Source: Octopus sinensis (lineage: Eukaryota). Taken from it: 64,000 nucleotides of DNA. The notes below the pieces were generated by a model. The model was not told where the DNA came from and searched no databases. It saw only the letters and a program-made list of their open reading frames with translations. Shown piece by piece: positions 12,505 to 25,301 of the stretch (positions are counted from its first letter, which is position 1; every line of letters begins with the position of its first letter). The stretch lies in the NCBI RefSeq assembly GCF_006345805.1, contig NC_043017.1:20770001-20834000 (forward strand), given 5' to 3'. The position numbers and the translations under genes are program-made.

Positions 12505-13110
12505 ATGTATGTGTTTATGTGTGTATGTATGTATGTATGCAGGTATATATGCAGATTTGTATGTATGTATGTATGTATGCATGCACATATGTATGAACGT
12601 ATGTATTTAAGTAGGTGTGTGTGTATGCATGTATATATGTATGTATGTATGTATTTATGTATATATGTGTGTATGTATGCATGCATGTATGTATGTATGT
12701 AAGCAGGTATATGTGCAGATTTGTATGTATGTACGTATGTATGTATGTATGTATGTGTGTGTATGTATGTATGTATGTATGTATGTATGTATGTGTGTGT
12801 ATGTATGTATGTATGTATGTATGCATGCATGCATGTATGTATGCATGCATATATGTATGAATGTATGTATTTATGTATGTATGTATATATGTATGCATTT
12901 ATGTAAGTATGTATGCATTTAAGTATGTATGTATGCATTTGTACATGTATGTATGTTTGTATGTATGTATGCATTTATGTATGCCTGTATGCATCTATGC
13001 ATGTATGTGTGTGTATATATGCATTCGTGCATTTATATATGTATGTATGCGTTTGTGCATGTATGTATGCATCTATGTATCTCTGCATATGTATATATCT
13101 TTATGTGTGT
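12505..13110. repeat. (TATG)n-type microsatellite block
   Basis: Direct reading of the sequence. Confidence 0.95.
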
Positions 13111-13566
13111 AAATATGATTGTGTGTGTGTTTAAGGGTGATACATGTGTGTAATAAATCGGAGGAGGTCTGTATACATACATTAGTATGTTGCATGTACG
13201 CAAATAAGGGTACAGAAATGTTTAGGTATCATTTTGTGTGAGTGTGTGTATGCATGTGTGTGGTAGTGTATGTGTGTGTGAGTGATTGTATGTATCTCTG
13301 TGAGCGTGTGTGTGTGTGCATATGCATTTGCAAGTCTGTTAGAGTATGCACAGTGTGAGGTTCTGTGTATGTTTGGGGAAAAACATGTTTTGTTTATGAG
13401 CACGTAGTCATTCATATGTATGCATACATACACACACACACACACACTCACACACACATACATACACAATTATACGTATACTTACATGCGTGCACAAATG
13501 CATGTGTGTGTGTGTACATATATATATACCAAAATATGCACATGTATGTTATTATTATATATATAT

Positions 13567-13599
<33 letters not shown>

Positions 13600-13693
13600 T
13601 ATATATAATATAACTATATATATATGTATGCATGTAAATATATCTTTTTTTTCGTAGTTTTAGTTCAGAGCTGTGGCCACACACGCACATGTG

Positions 13694-13726
<33 letters not shown>

Positions 13727-14504
13727 AGTATATATATATATATATACATGCATACACACACATATGTATATGTGTGTGTGTGTTGTATGTAAATCCAGTA
13801 TGGAAATAAATAAACAATATGGCAAAGAAGGAGAAAAAAACCCTGAACAAAACTAAAGGAATGCAATAAATACATTTTAACAAAAGAGAGAGGAAGGGAC
13901 GAGAGAGAGAGAGAGAGAGAGAGGGGGGGGAGGAGGGAGACGAGACACACACACACAACACACACACACACACACACACATGCTGTTGTATTCTTTATTG
14001 GCAGCTATATATCTGGCGATTTCATTGCCGGTTAATGCAACATAAATTGTCTTTTATTTTTAAATAAGAGCAAGAAAATTTGATTTACTGCTTTGCAGAG
14101 CATGGCTGCATATGTTCTTTATACTTTTCTATTGGTGGGGGGGGAACAAGGAAAAAAAAAAAATAAATAAAATAAACACAAAAAAAAATATGTAATAATC
14201 AATAAAGTAAAAAAACAAAACAAAAACAAAACAAAAATACATAAATATATTGTAAATGGTTATTCAAAAATATTACATCCAGTGATTTCACGTAGAAAAA
14301 TGTACTGAAATATATAAGGGGGTAATTTTAGTGATGCTGGATAATCTATACATTACATGGAATGGAATACAGGAATCTAGGGAGGAGAGCTAATTGGAGA
14401 TAGAATTCATCTAGGACGATTCCTGAAAGGTAGATTGAGCCTGCACTCTGTCAGACTTAAATAAGCTGTGCAGACCGACAATTATTATTATTTTTATTAT
14501 TATT

Positions 14505-14722
14505 GGTAAGGTGGTGAGCTGGTAGAATTGGTAATACACTGAACGAAATGCTTGAAGGTATTTCATCTGCCGTTATGCTCTGAGGTCAAATTCTGCTCAA
14601 GTTGACTTTACCTTTCATTCTCTTAGGGTTGATAAGCTAAGTACCAGTTGAGTACTTGGGTCAATGTAATTGATTATCCCCGCCTCCCACAAATTTCAGG
14701 CCTTGTGCCTATAATAGAAAGG
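14505..14722 (+). mobile_element. SINE family B, diverged
   Basis: aaggtggtgagctggtagaattgg...aggtcaaattctgctcaagttgactttacctttcattc. Confidence 0.75.
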
Positions 14723-14737
14723 ATTATTATTATTATT

Positions 14738-15292
14738 GTGAGGTATATTTGCCATCTCAATATGGCTAACCACTAAGGGTAGGTGTTACTGTAGCTTGTA
14801 GCCCCAGGAGAATATCTCCTCCAGCTGGCTATAGGCACACTTTCTGTGCCCTATCGGTATTTGCCAAGGGAGGTCATCCTTCCCTCGTCAACCTAAGTGA
14901 TACACACGGACTGCAGTTTCTGGGTATTGACCCGTCATCAGCGCACGACAATCACTGGTTTTCGATGGAAGGGTCCCAAAGCAAATACGTATATCCTTTT
15001 TCCAGTGCTTTTCGTCACTGATCTTGAAAAAGTGTAAACAAGCAATAATAAATCTCTGAACGAGGTATAAACAGTAACTGCACGACAATGTGAGGTATAT
15101 ATTTGCCATCTCAATATGTCTAACCCTTGGCAAATACCGATAGGGCACAGAAAGTGTGCCTATAGCCAGCTGGAGGAGATTTTCTCCTGGGGCTACAAGC
15201 TACAGTAACACCCACCCTTAGTGGTTAGCCATATTGAGATGGCAAATATACCTCACATTGTCATGCAGTTACTGTTTACACCTCGTTTAGAG

Positions 15293-15302
<10 letters not shown>
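14738..15302 (-). mobile_element. Hammerhead-bearing Penelope-like/retrozyme cassette: 1.1 copies of a 352-bp monomer plus an inverted partial copy
   Basis: gtgaggtata..ttgccatctcaatatg recurs at 14738 and 15090; 15124-15256 is the reverse complement of 14738-14870; 15257-15302 is the reverse complement of 15044-15089; flanked by (ATT)n. Confidence 0.85.
14902..14948 (-). ncRNA. Type I hammerhead ribozyme, near-canonical
   Basis: Minus strand gtgcg-CUGAUGA-cgggu caau accca-GAAA-c ugca g-UC-cgugu: intact core, GUC cleavage triplet, stem II with one terminal mismatch, palindromic stem III (ACUGCAGU), stem I with G:U pairs. Confidence 0.85.
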
Positions 15303-15321
<19 letters not shown>

Positions 15322-15323
<2 letters not shown>

Positions 15324-15520
15324 GGTAAGCTGGAAGAATTGTCTGCATCTTGGACGAAATGCTTAGCAGTATTTTGCCTGTCACTATGTTCTGAGTTCAA
15401 ATTCCACTGAGGTTGACTTTACCTTTCCCCTTTTCACGGTTGATAAATTAAGCACCAGTGAAACACTGGGGTCGATTTAATCGACTAGTCCCCTCCCACC
15501 AAATTTCAGACCTTGCGTCT
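15322..15520 (+). mobile_element. SINE family B, diverged
   Basis: ggtaagctggaagaattg...gagttcaaattccactgaggttgactttacc. Confidence 0.75.
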
Positions 15521-15529
15521 TCAAGATTA

Positions 15530-15560
<31 letters not shown>

Positions 15561-15570
15561 TATTATTTTT

Positions 15571-15906
15571 GAAGGCACATGGCTCAGTGGTTAGAGCGTA
15601 GATCTTATGATCGTGAGGTAGTGAGTTTGATTCCTGGACCGGGCTGTGTGTTGCGTTCTTGAGTAAGACACTTTATTTCACATTGCTCCAGATCACTCAG
15701 CTGTAGAAATGAGTTGCGACGTCACTGGTGCCAAGCAGTATCGGCCCCTTTGCCTTTCCTTTGGATAACATCAGTAGTGTTGAGAGGGAAGGCTGTTATG
15801 CATGGGCGACTGCTGATCTTCCATAAACAATCTTGTCCTGACTTGTGCCTCAGAGGGTAACTTTCTAGGTTCAATCCCATGGTCATTCATGACCACAGGG
15901 GGTCTC
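15571..15906 (+). mobile_element. CORE-type tRNA SINE (family C), full length
   Basis: A box tggctcagtgg, B box gagtttgattcc, CORE-like block cttgagtaagacactttatttcacattgctccagatcactcagctgtagaaatgagt; second copy at 19912. Confidence 0.85.
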
Positions 15907-16135
15907 CTCCTCCTATTATTATTATTATTATTGTTATTTTGGCAGTGAACTGGCAGAATTGTTAGCACGCTGGGGAAAATGCTTAGTGGCATTTCATCTG
16001 TCATTATGTCCTGAGTTCTGTGAAGTCAGCTTTGTCTTTCATATCTTCAAGGTTGATCAAATAAAACACCAGTCAAGTACATATTATGTATATATATATA
16101 TATATATGTATTAAATATGTAAATATGTAATATAT

Positions 16136-16174
<39 letters not shown>

Positions 16175-16187
16175 ATGTATAAATATG

Positions 16188-16220
<33 letters not shown>

Positions 16221-16347
16221 CAAAAATAAGATACAAGAATGACTTCGGTAATTTGGTACAATTGTTTCGCACTACAACATTTTATTAAAAGTTGTAAGTA
16301 TTACAGCAGATTTAAGATGCTGAGTGCTCTTCAGCCAATATATATAT

Positions 16348-16386
<39 letters not shown>

Positions 16387-16578
16387 AGTGTAATTTTGCC
16401 TTACTAACAATTAACATGGAAAAAATAAATAAATAGTTACCAAGGTAACAAAAAAATCACACAAGTAAAGAGGTTGTAACTCCTTGTTTTTAAAGGTAGA
16501 AACTTCGTGTTTACGTGGAATTTTTTGTATAATATATAAATAAATAAATGGAGTTTAATGCATTTATATATATATAAC

Positions 16579-16728
16579 GGGAAGGTTTACGAAAATAAAC
16601 AAAAGACGAAGGCAGGTGGAGTACAAACAAACAAATGTATTAGTATGGCGCTCAGGAATAGAAATAGAACAAGTCTTTTACGTTTCGAGCCTACACTCTT
16701 CGACAGAAAGATACATAGAAAAAAAACC
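16579..16728 (-). mobile_element. P1 Penelope-like/HHR repeat
   Basis: Reverse complement aligns with 497-655 and 55500-55668. Confidence 0.8.
16675..16710 (-). ncRNA. Minimal type I hammerhead motif with variant core CUGUCGA
   Basis: Minus strand cuuu-CUGUCGA-a-gagu guag gcuc-GAAAC-GUA-aaag: stems I and II paired, loopless stem III. Confidence 0.65.
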
Positions 16729-16914
16729 ATATCATGTTCTACATTATATATTTTAATAATTACTGGTATTCTTATATATATAAAGCATAACATGTTATAC
16801 ATGTATGTATATTGTTATGATTGCATTTTTTAAAATTAATAAATAGACATAATATAATGTCTAAAAGTTGATGAATACCATCTCTTTATCCCCTCCATTT
16901 TCTTATTGCCGTAT

Positions 16915-17309
16915 TCTGCTGCCAGCCTCGTCTGGCACCCGTGTCGGTGGCACATAAAAGCACCATCCGTTCGTGTCCGTTGCCAGCCTCGGCTGGCCCC
17001 CGTGCCGGTGACACGTAAAAGCACCGTCCGTTCGTGGCCGTTTGCCAGCATCGCCTGGCCCCGTCCCAGTGACACGTAAAAGCACCATCCGTTCGTGGCC
17101 GTTTGCCAGCTCTGTCTGGCACCTGTGCAGGTGGCACGTAAAAAACACCCGCTACACTCGCGGAGTGGTTGGCGTTAGGAAGGGCATCCAGCCGTAGAAA
17201 CACTGCTAGATCTGACTGGGCCTGACGAAGCCTTCCAGCTTCACAGACCCCAGTTGACCCGTCCAACCCATGCTAGCATGGAAAGCGGACGCTAAATGAT
17301 GATGATGAT
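16915..17309 (+). mobile_element. SINE-like family D with 4 x ~61-bp internal tandem units and a (GAT)n tail
   Basis: Units start at 16920, 16981, 17043 and 17104; 3' part ggttggcgttaggaagggcatccagc...catgctagcatggaaagcggacg + gatgatgat is shared with many copies in the window. Confidence 0.85.
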
Positions 17310-17397
17310 ATATATATATATATGCAAAACTCTATAACATGAATTGAGTATTCTTTTATTTCCCTGCATTTGTGCAATTCTTTGTGCCATAAAATAA

Positions 17398-17792
17398 GTG
17401 TGGTAAGTAGCTTGCTAACCAGCCACATGGTTCCGGGTTCAGTCCCACTGCGTGGCATCTTGGGCAAGTGTCTTCTGCTATAGCCTCGGGCCGACCAATG
17501 CCTTGTGAGTGGATTTGGTAGACGGAAACTGAAAGAAGCCTGTTGTATATATGTACATATATATATATATAGATATGTATGTATGTGTGCCTTTGTTTGT
17601 CCCCCTAGCATTGCTTGACAACCGATGCTGGTGTGTTTATGTCCCCGTCACTTAGTGGTTCGGCAAAAGAGACCGATAGAATAAGTACTGGGCTTACAAA
17701 GAATAAGTCCTGGGGTTGATTTGCTCGACTAAAGGTGGTGCTCCAGCATAGCCGCAGTCAAATGACTGAAACAAGTAAAAGAGTAAAAGAGT
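17398..17792 (+). mobile_element. SINE family A, near full length
   Basis: Close match to the copies at 26817 and 52898; tail gactgaaacaagtaaaagagtaaaagag. Confidence 0.9.
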
Positions 17793-18065
17793 ATGTCTAT
17801 CTATCTATCTATCTATCTATCTACCTATTTGTCTGTCTATCTATCTATCTGTTTTCCTCCCCACCTTCCTACTTATCCATCTATCCATCCCCCTCCAACC
17901 TGCTATCTCTCTGTGCATCCACCTGTCTGTCAATCTATTTAACCATCTAAACATTTCTATGTGTGCCTGTCACACTTCCTGGCTGATTATGCATCTATTT
18001 TCTATCTTACAATAGCTTTAAGGTCAGTCCTGGACATTCATACAATCACACACACACACACACAC

Positions 18066-18114
<49 letters not shown>

Positions 18115-18554
18115 CGCAAACACCTGCAGCCAATTTATGGTGCTCCTATACAATGCACTTCAAATCTGCATGCTCCAGTTTGCCTGACTGAACAAACGAG
18201 ACCCAGACCCACGTTTCACTCCCTACTTCATGTAACTGGAGTGTCAAGTAATACCAAGAGCATCCAACTGAAAACCAAATTACAAACTTGATACACAAAC
18301 ACAGAGCATCTCAGATGTCTTCGGCCAGTATGTCCATCTTTTCTTGGGGTGACTGGAGTGAGGGATTTCAAGAAGGCTCGGCTGTTAATTCTAGCACAGC
18401 AAATAATTTCATTGATGCAATGTGCCAGCTTATGATGGTGATTGGTAGGTATCTACCTATCTATCTCTCTACCTATTGCCAGATAGATAGATAGATAGCT
18501 ACCTATCTATTTATGTATCTAACTGTGAATCTGTTTACTTCTCTTTGTTTGTCC

Positions 18555-18592
<38 letters not shown>

Positions 18593-18710
18593 ATGTCTAT
18601 TTGTCTGTCTGTCTGTCTGTCAATCTATCTATCTGTCTGTTTGTCTGTCTGTCTGTCTGTGTCTGTCTGTCTGTATCTGGCTATGCCTGTCTGTCTATAT
18701 ATATGCCTAT

Positions 18711-18900
18711 CTTAGCGGTATTGCGTCTGTCGTTGCGTTCTGAGTTCAAATTCCGCCGAGGTCGACTTTGCCTTTCATCCTTTCGGGGTCGATAAATTAA
18801 GTACCAGTTACGCACTGGGGTCGATGTAATCGACTTAATCCGTTTGTCTGTCCTTGTTTGTCCCCTCTATGTTTAGCCCCTTTGTGGGTAGTAAAGAAAC
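18711..18900 (+). mobile_element. SINE family B, 5'-truncated and well preserved
   Basis: gagttcaaattccgccgaggtcgactttgcctttcatcctttcggggtcgataaattaagtaccag...gtagtaaagaaa. Confidence 0.9.
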
Positions 18901-19115
18901 ATATATATATGCCTATCTAACTACATATCGACTTATTTATCTAACGGTGTATTTATTTATTAGACTAACTGTATTTCTATCTATTTATCTGTCTGTCTGT
19001 TTGTCTGCCTGCTTGTCTGTCTGTTTATCTGTCCATCCATTCATTGGCCTATCTATCTATCTATCTATCTATCCATCTACCTATCCATCTATCTATCTAT
19101 CTATCTGTTTATTTG

Positions 19116-19182
<67 letters not shown>

Positions 19183-19911
19183 CCATATCTATCTAACTCC
19201 ATACTTATCTATTTACCCATCCATCCATCCATCTACCTTCCTATCTAACTGCATATCTACCTGTCTGTCTATCTTCTTACCTATCTTGTGATGCGTGTGT
19301 GTGTATCTGTGTAAGTATCGACTGGCGTATATCAGTAAACACTCAAACAGAGAGAGATTTAAACTTTAAGCATTAAATCAAGCAAAACTTTTCTCCTGAC
19401 AAGTTTATGGCCTCTGATACGTCAAACAATGCTTCGATGTGGTCACTGAATCTACAAGAAACAGCAGCCATAACTCTTATAAGTTACATAAAAAATGAAG
19501 GATATTATCATTCATCATTTTATATCGGCTTTCATTGGTGGCATTATTGGTTGGACACATTAGATAATGTTGTCCTAGATACACAATGTCCAAACCAAGA
19601 AGGACTAGATGGCCATAATTGGGATGCTTTTTGATGATAGACCTACAGGCTAAGATCTTACCTGGGGCTAAACAACTAATTAAGCAATATGCTTCTATAT
19701 AATAGTACTGAGTTGTCAATCCCACTAATTACTTAAATCTCTTACACACACACACATACATATTTTTTTTTCATTTTATCTAGTTTCAGCTCACGAGCTG
19801 TGGCCATGCTGGGGCACCGCCATATATATACATATATATACAAATTATAGAATGAGATAAAAAATCCAAATATATATATATATATATATACGTATGTATT
19901 TATACATATGT

Positions 19912-20225
19912 GAAGGTGCATGGCTCAGTAGTTAGAGCACCAGGCTCACAATCATGAGGTAGTGAGTTCAGTTCCTAGAGTGGGCTGTGTGTTGTGTTCT
20001 TAGGCAAGACACTTTGTTTTCGCGTTGCTCCAGTTCACTCATCTGTAGAAATGAGTAGCAACATCACTGGTGCCAAGCTGTATCAGCCCTTTTGCCTTTC
20101 CCTTGGACAACATCAATGGTATGGAGAGGGGGTAGCCAGTATACTTGGGTGACAACTAGTCTTTCATAAATAACCTTGCTTGGACTTGTGCCTCGGAGGG
20201 GATCATTCGTGACTGAAGAGAGCCT
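19912..20225 (+). mobile_element. CORE-type SINE family C
   Basis: Aligns with 15571-15906. Confidence 0.85.
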
Positions 20226-20331
20226 TTATCTTTTACCCTATATTTATATATATATAAGTATATATTAGGTAATTAGGATAAATATATAATAATCTCTCTC
20301 TCTCTCTCTCTCTCTCTATATAATATATATA

Positions 20332-20372
<41 letters not shown>

Positions 20373-22025
20373 TCATCATGATCATTTAGCATCCATGGAT
20401 GGTTTGAGTGGGCTGGCATGCTGGAAGGCTGTGCCAGGCCCCACCCTGATTTGGCATGGTTTTCTACAGCTGGATGCCCTTCCTAACGCCAATCACTCTG
20501 AGAGTGTAATGGATGCTTTTACGTGCCACCTGTATCTGCCATGACTGCAATTTGGCTCAGCTTGATGGGTTTTCTTTTCAAGCACGACATAATGCCAAAG
20601 GTCTTGGTCATTGCCTTCATGAGGCTCAACACTCAGAAGTAGCTCAGCCACTTTGCCTCCATGGGGCCCAATACAAAAATACTGAGCTTCTACACAGTGT
20701 TCAGTCTGAGGTTAGAGAAGAAGATACTTGTCCAAGACATCCAAGACTCTGCATGGTAGGATTGAACTGAAGAACATGTGATTGCAAAGCTAGCTTCTGA
20801 CTTAACCATACAGCTATGTCTGCATCCAGAGATTTTATTGCAGACCAAAAATTTTATTTCACTTTTCTATTTCTTTATTTTTTCCCAAAGAATTTTTTTG
20901 TCTAAACAATATTGTCTTTCTGCATATCTCTGTATATATAATTTCTCCAATAAAAATCTGGATAGATAATGATAAAAAAATGCTCAAAAGTGATGTCTCT
21001 CATCTCTGCTGCAACTGCCAAAAAAATTTTTTTTAAACCATGAGAATGGCGAGAAGAATTCAAAGAAAATCAGTTTAGATATCTTTGACTACGAATTCTA
21101 ATTCGATTTGATTAGAAGATAAGATAAGTTGGTCAGACTATGCAAACAAAAACTCAGGCTTATCTGATCTCAAAAAGCATAATAAATAGAAAAATGAATT
21201 TCAAATACATTTTATTGCATCTCAACAAAAATGAAGGAATTTTTGGAATAGAAGGGAGAAGTGCCGGTTTGGTAAGAGCTTAGAAATAAAAAGCCAAAGC
21301 ATACAACAACAAAAGAATAGGATGAAACAAAGAAAAAAATGTTGACATTCCATCATGGTTAATTCTTGTAAAATCAACTGTTGAGACTCAAACATGCACG
21401 ATTGGATTTTTCTCCGGAATCCAGATTTTGGACATAGAAAATAAACGAGGGTTGAGGGAGGAATTTGCAGAAAAGAAGAAAGCGTTTTACGGCTGTATGG
21501 CCTAGTTCTTTTTGGAATTCATTTGCCATGATGTTTCTGTTATTAGTCAGTGGAATGCCATAAAGTCTTTAGAAAAATGCCGCTTTTTGCAAATAGATTC
21601 GGAGAAAAGAAAGCCAACTCCATCCAGTCGGTCATGCATCATTGAACTTCGAACACAAACACAGCCATGCACTGATGAGCGCCATAGATGCAGGCTCAGA
21701 GGAACTATGTTTTGAGGTGGTGGCATGTGGGGGGGGGAGAGAGGAAGGAGGTAAATAAAATAGGGGACATTACTGAATAATAAAAAGCAGGGTGGGTGGG
21801 GGTGTTCAAAGGGTGAGGAGGAGAAAAGTGGGGGGAGGGGACAAATAGTCAGAATGGATACAATGTCGTTGACTGTGTTTTTCAAAAGAGGCTGGTCATG
21901 TGTGTCATAAACCTACTATCTCAACAACTGAGTCAGGCGAGAAAACAAAGGACAAAAACTTCCCCCTACCTACCCAGCCCCGTTATTGTTGTTATTATTA
22001 CCATCATCATCGTTATTGACATTGA

Positions 22026-22062
<37 letters not shown>

Positions 22063-22210
22063 GCCGTAAGAAGTAGATCATTGTTCAAATATTCGTAGCA
22101 ATTTCATAGTTTATGTCTACATTTCATTATGTTATACATAAATACATATATGTATATATATATGCATATATATATAATATATATATATATATAATATATA
22201 CATATATATA

Positions 22211-22398
22211 TTCGTCTTTTTTCTCTTCCCTGTTGCCCGCTCTGGGATCTTTCTTGCCTCTCTCTCCTTCTTTATGTTTCCGACGAAGAGCTCCGCTCGA
22301 AACGTCATACCTCCCTGCTTCCATCTCCTGAGCGCCTATTAATAATAATACTGTAATTGTTCCTGTTGTTGGTTTTTTTGTTTCCCTTTGGATTAAAA
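22211..22398 (+). mobile_element. Penelope-like/HHR repeat family P2
   Basis: Homologous to 27381-27541 and 32199-32334; contains ccgacga-a-gagctccgctc-gaaacgtc. Confidence 0.75.
22275..22310 (+). ncRNA. Minimal hammerhead motif (P2), core CCGACGA
   Basis: guuu-CCGACGA-a-gagc ucc gcuc-GAAAC-GUC-auac; one stem I mismatch and U4 changed to C. Confidence 0.55.
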
Positions 22399-22487
22399 TT
22401 ATACATATATATACATATACATATATATATACATATATACAGACACACACATGTATATATAAAATGTATATATATTTCATCATCATT

Positions 22488-22528
<41 letters not shown>

Positions 22529-24088
22529 GTACGTGTGTGTGTGCATGTGTGTGTATATATATATATATATATATACATATGTATATGTATGTATCAATAC
22601 TGATTATTCAAAATTCAACAAAGAAATATCATATGAATAATAGAGAGAAAAAAGGTGGTGTAGTCAGTGATTGGTAGACATAGTTTACTAAGGCTTCCCC
22701 CCTCATTTCCAGCTTCAGTCACTGGAAGCATTTCATTGAGGGAAAACTCACAGACTGCACAAACCATAGCCCAACTCCCACCTCAATGCAGTTCCACAGG
22801 TGGAAATACTGGGTCGAATTCCCAGTAGGTTAACAAAGGCTCTGGTGAAGACCGTAGGGCAAATCACCCAACCGTTGTATTCTTGCTGGTTTGACCAGGA
22901 CTTGCAAGCATGGAAGGCTGCACCAGAGTCCAGTCTGTTTTGGCATGGTTTCTACAGCTGGATGCCCTTCCTAATGCCAACCACTTTACAGAGTGTACTG
23001 GGTGCTTTTATATGGCACCGCACAGGTGCTTTTATGTGGAAGAGCATGGGTGTCATTACATGGCAATGCCATGAATGCATTTTACCATCAGAAGGGCTGG
23101 TCTTGACACTTCTGTTTTGGGATACAGGTCTTCTTGGGTACAGCAAGGCCTCAGACATCTTGCTCCTTTGTCATCTTGCTCCTTTGTCATCTTGCCTAAA
23201 AGGTTCAGCATATTGAAGTTGTTCTTTAATACTTCACCATCGACCCCAGTATGCAACTGGTACTTATTTTATCAACCCCGAAAGGATGAAAGGCAAAGTT
23301 AACCTCGGTGGAAATACTACTACTACTACTAATAATAATGACAATCCTTTCTTCTAAAGGGGCTTCCTGATTACATCGACCCCAGTGCGTAACTGGTACT
23401 TATTTCATTGACCCCAAAAAGACGAAAGCCAAAGTCAACCTTGATGGAATTTGAACTCAGAGCAATTCTGCCAGCTCGCGGCCTTACTACTACAAGTACT
23501 ACTACTACCAATGATGATGATGATAATAATTATGATAATAAAAATAGTAATAATAATAATGATGATTTCATTTATTTGCCTCAAGGGCAAAGGACAAGGG
23601 GGACAATACAAAGACAGACATAAAGTGAGGGTGGGGTTACTTATAATGAAATGATGAAAAAAAAACCTTTTCTTTGTCACTGAAGCATCAGATGAAGAAA
23701 ACAGTACAAGGAAGTTAAGGATTTATGCGGAGGGGGTTACATTCAAAGATGAAGAGAAGAAGAAGAGTGGGAGGAGGGTGTGGAAATAAGGCAAAAAAAC
23801 CCTAAAGTGACACGCATATTATACAAAATATGTGACCACATGTGCGATGCAGTTCTCCCAGTATAGGAAAGCCTCTACCTGAGGGTGAATCAAGGAAACC
23901 TTACAGATCCAAGATGACCTCGATAATGAAGGTCACGAGTCCTCACCTAACCATCATTGTCCTCCAATCCACAGGAGCATACTTAGGGCAGTTCCATTGA
24001 CCCTAACCATTTTTGCTGCAGTCACTCACCCCTACCTCGCTCTTTAGACAAATTTCTGGGACTGGGGTGGCTGGTAGTAATCGTTTGT

Positions 24089-24487
24089 CTTTTACTTGTT
24101 TCAGTCATTACACTGTGGCCATGCTGGAGCACTGCCTTGCGGAATTTTTAGATGAGTGAATCGAACCCAGTGCTCATTTTGGTGAAACTTATTCTACTGG
24201 TCTCTTTTGCCAAATCACTGACTTACGGGGGATGTAAACACACCAACACCGGTTGTCAAACAATGGTGGGAGACAAACATAGACACAAAGACAGACAGAC
24301 AGACAAACGCACACACACCCATTCAAGGGGCTTCTTTCAGTTTCTGTTGACTAAATCTACTCATAAAGTTTTGGTCAGCCTCAGGCTATATTAGAAGATA
24401 CTTGCCCAACGTGCCATATAATGGGACTGAACCCAGAACCATGTGGTTGGGAAGCAAGCTTCTTACCACACAGCCGTGTCTGTGCCT
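24089..24487 (-). mobile_element. SINE family A, full length
   Basis: Reverse complement of the family A head and tail. Confidence 0.85.
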
Positions 24488-24934
24488 ATAATTGTTTGTG
24501 ACTTGGGGTGAGGGCCAGTATTTTGAAGAGTAAATGGTCAGTGATTATCATTGACCCCAGTTTTAAAGTGACTCTTTATTTTATCAACTTTGGAAGGATG
24601 AAAGGAGAAACTGACCTTGTCAGGATTTGAACTCACAACATTTAGGATTGAGACAAATACTGCAATGCATTTTGTTCAATGATAGAACACGCAAAGGTAT
24701 AGAGCCTTTAATGATTTTCAGTAGATGAGAATGTTGAGAAACAGGTACTGAATTAAATTGTGTATGTGTGAGGGGTGGGATGGATGGATGGATGGACGGA
24801 TGGATGGATGGATAGGTAGACAGGTAGGTATGTAGGTAGGTAGATACGTAGATAAGAAAGGCAGGCAGGCAGGCAACTAGCTAGATAGATAGATGGATGG
24901 AAAGATGGTTGGAGGACAAACAGACAGATAGATT

Positions 24935-24969
<35 letters not shown>

Positions 24970-25135
24970 TGATAGATAGATAGAGAAATAGCCAGAGAGA
25001 TGGGTGGATGAATAGATAGACAGATAGATAAATATACAAAGAAAGAGAGACAGTGGTGAGAAGGAGAGAGAAAGGGGGATAGATAGATAGGTATTGAAAC
25101 AAATGGATGGATAGATAGGAGAGAGAGAGAGATGG

Positions 25136-25167
<32 letters not shown>

Positions 25168-25204
25168 CATACACCAGGGAGAAAATGGATGCATAAATAG
25201 ATAG

Positions 25205-25237
<33 letters not shown>

Positions 25238-25257
25238 GAGAGGTGAACTGATGGATA

Positions 25258-25301
<44 letters not shown>

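Noticed and set aside
16920-17150. CRISPR-like appearance of the 61-bp palindromic units
   Set aside because: There are no unique spacers or cas genes; the units are part of a dispersed eukaryotic SINE.
21668-21710. CTGATGA motif in unique DNA
   Set aside because: No GAAA after a plausible stem II and no stem I; the associated short ORFs are unrecognisable.
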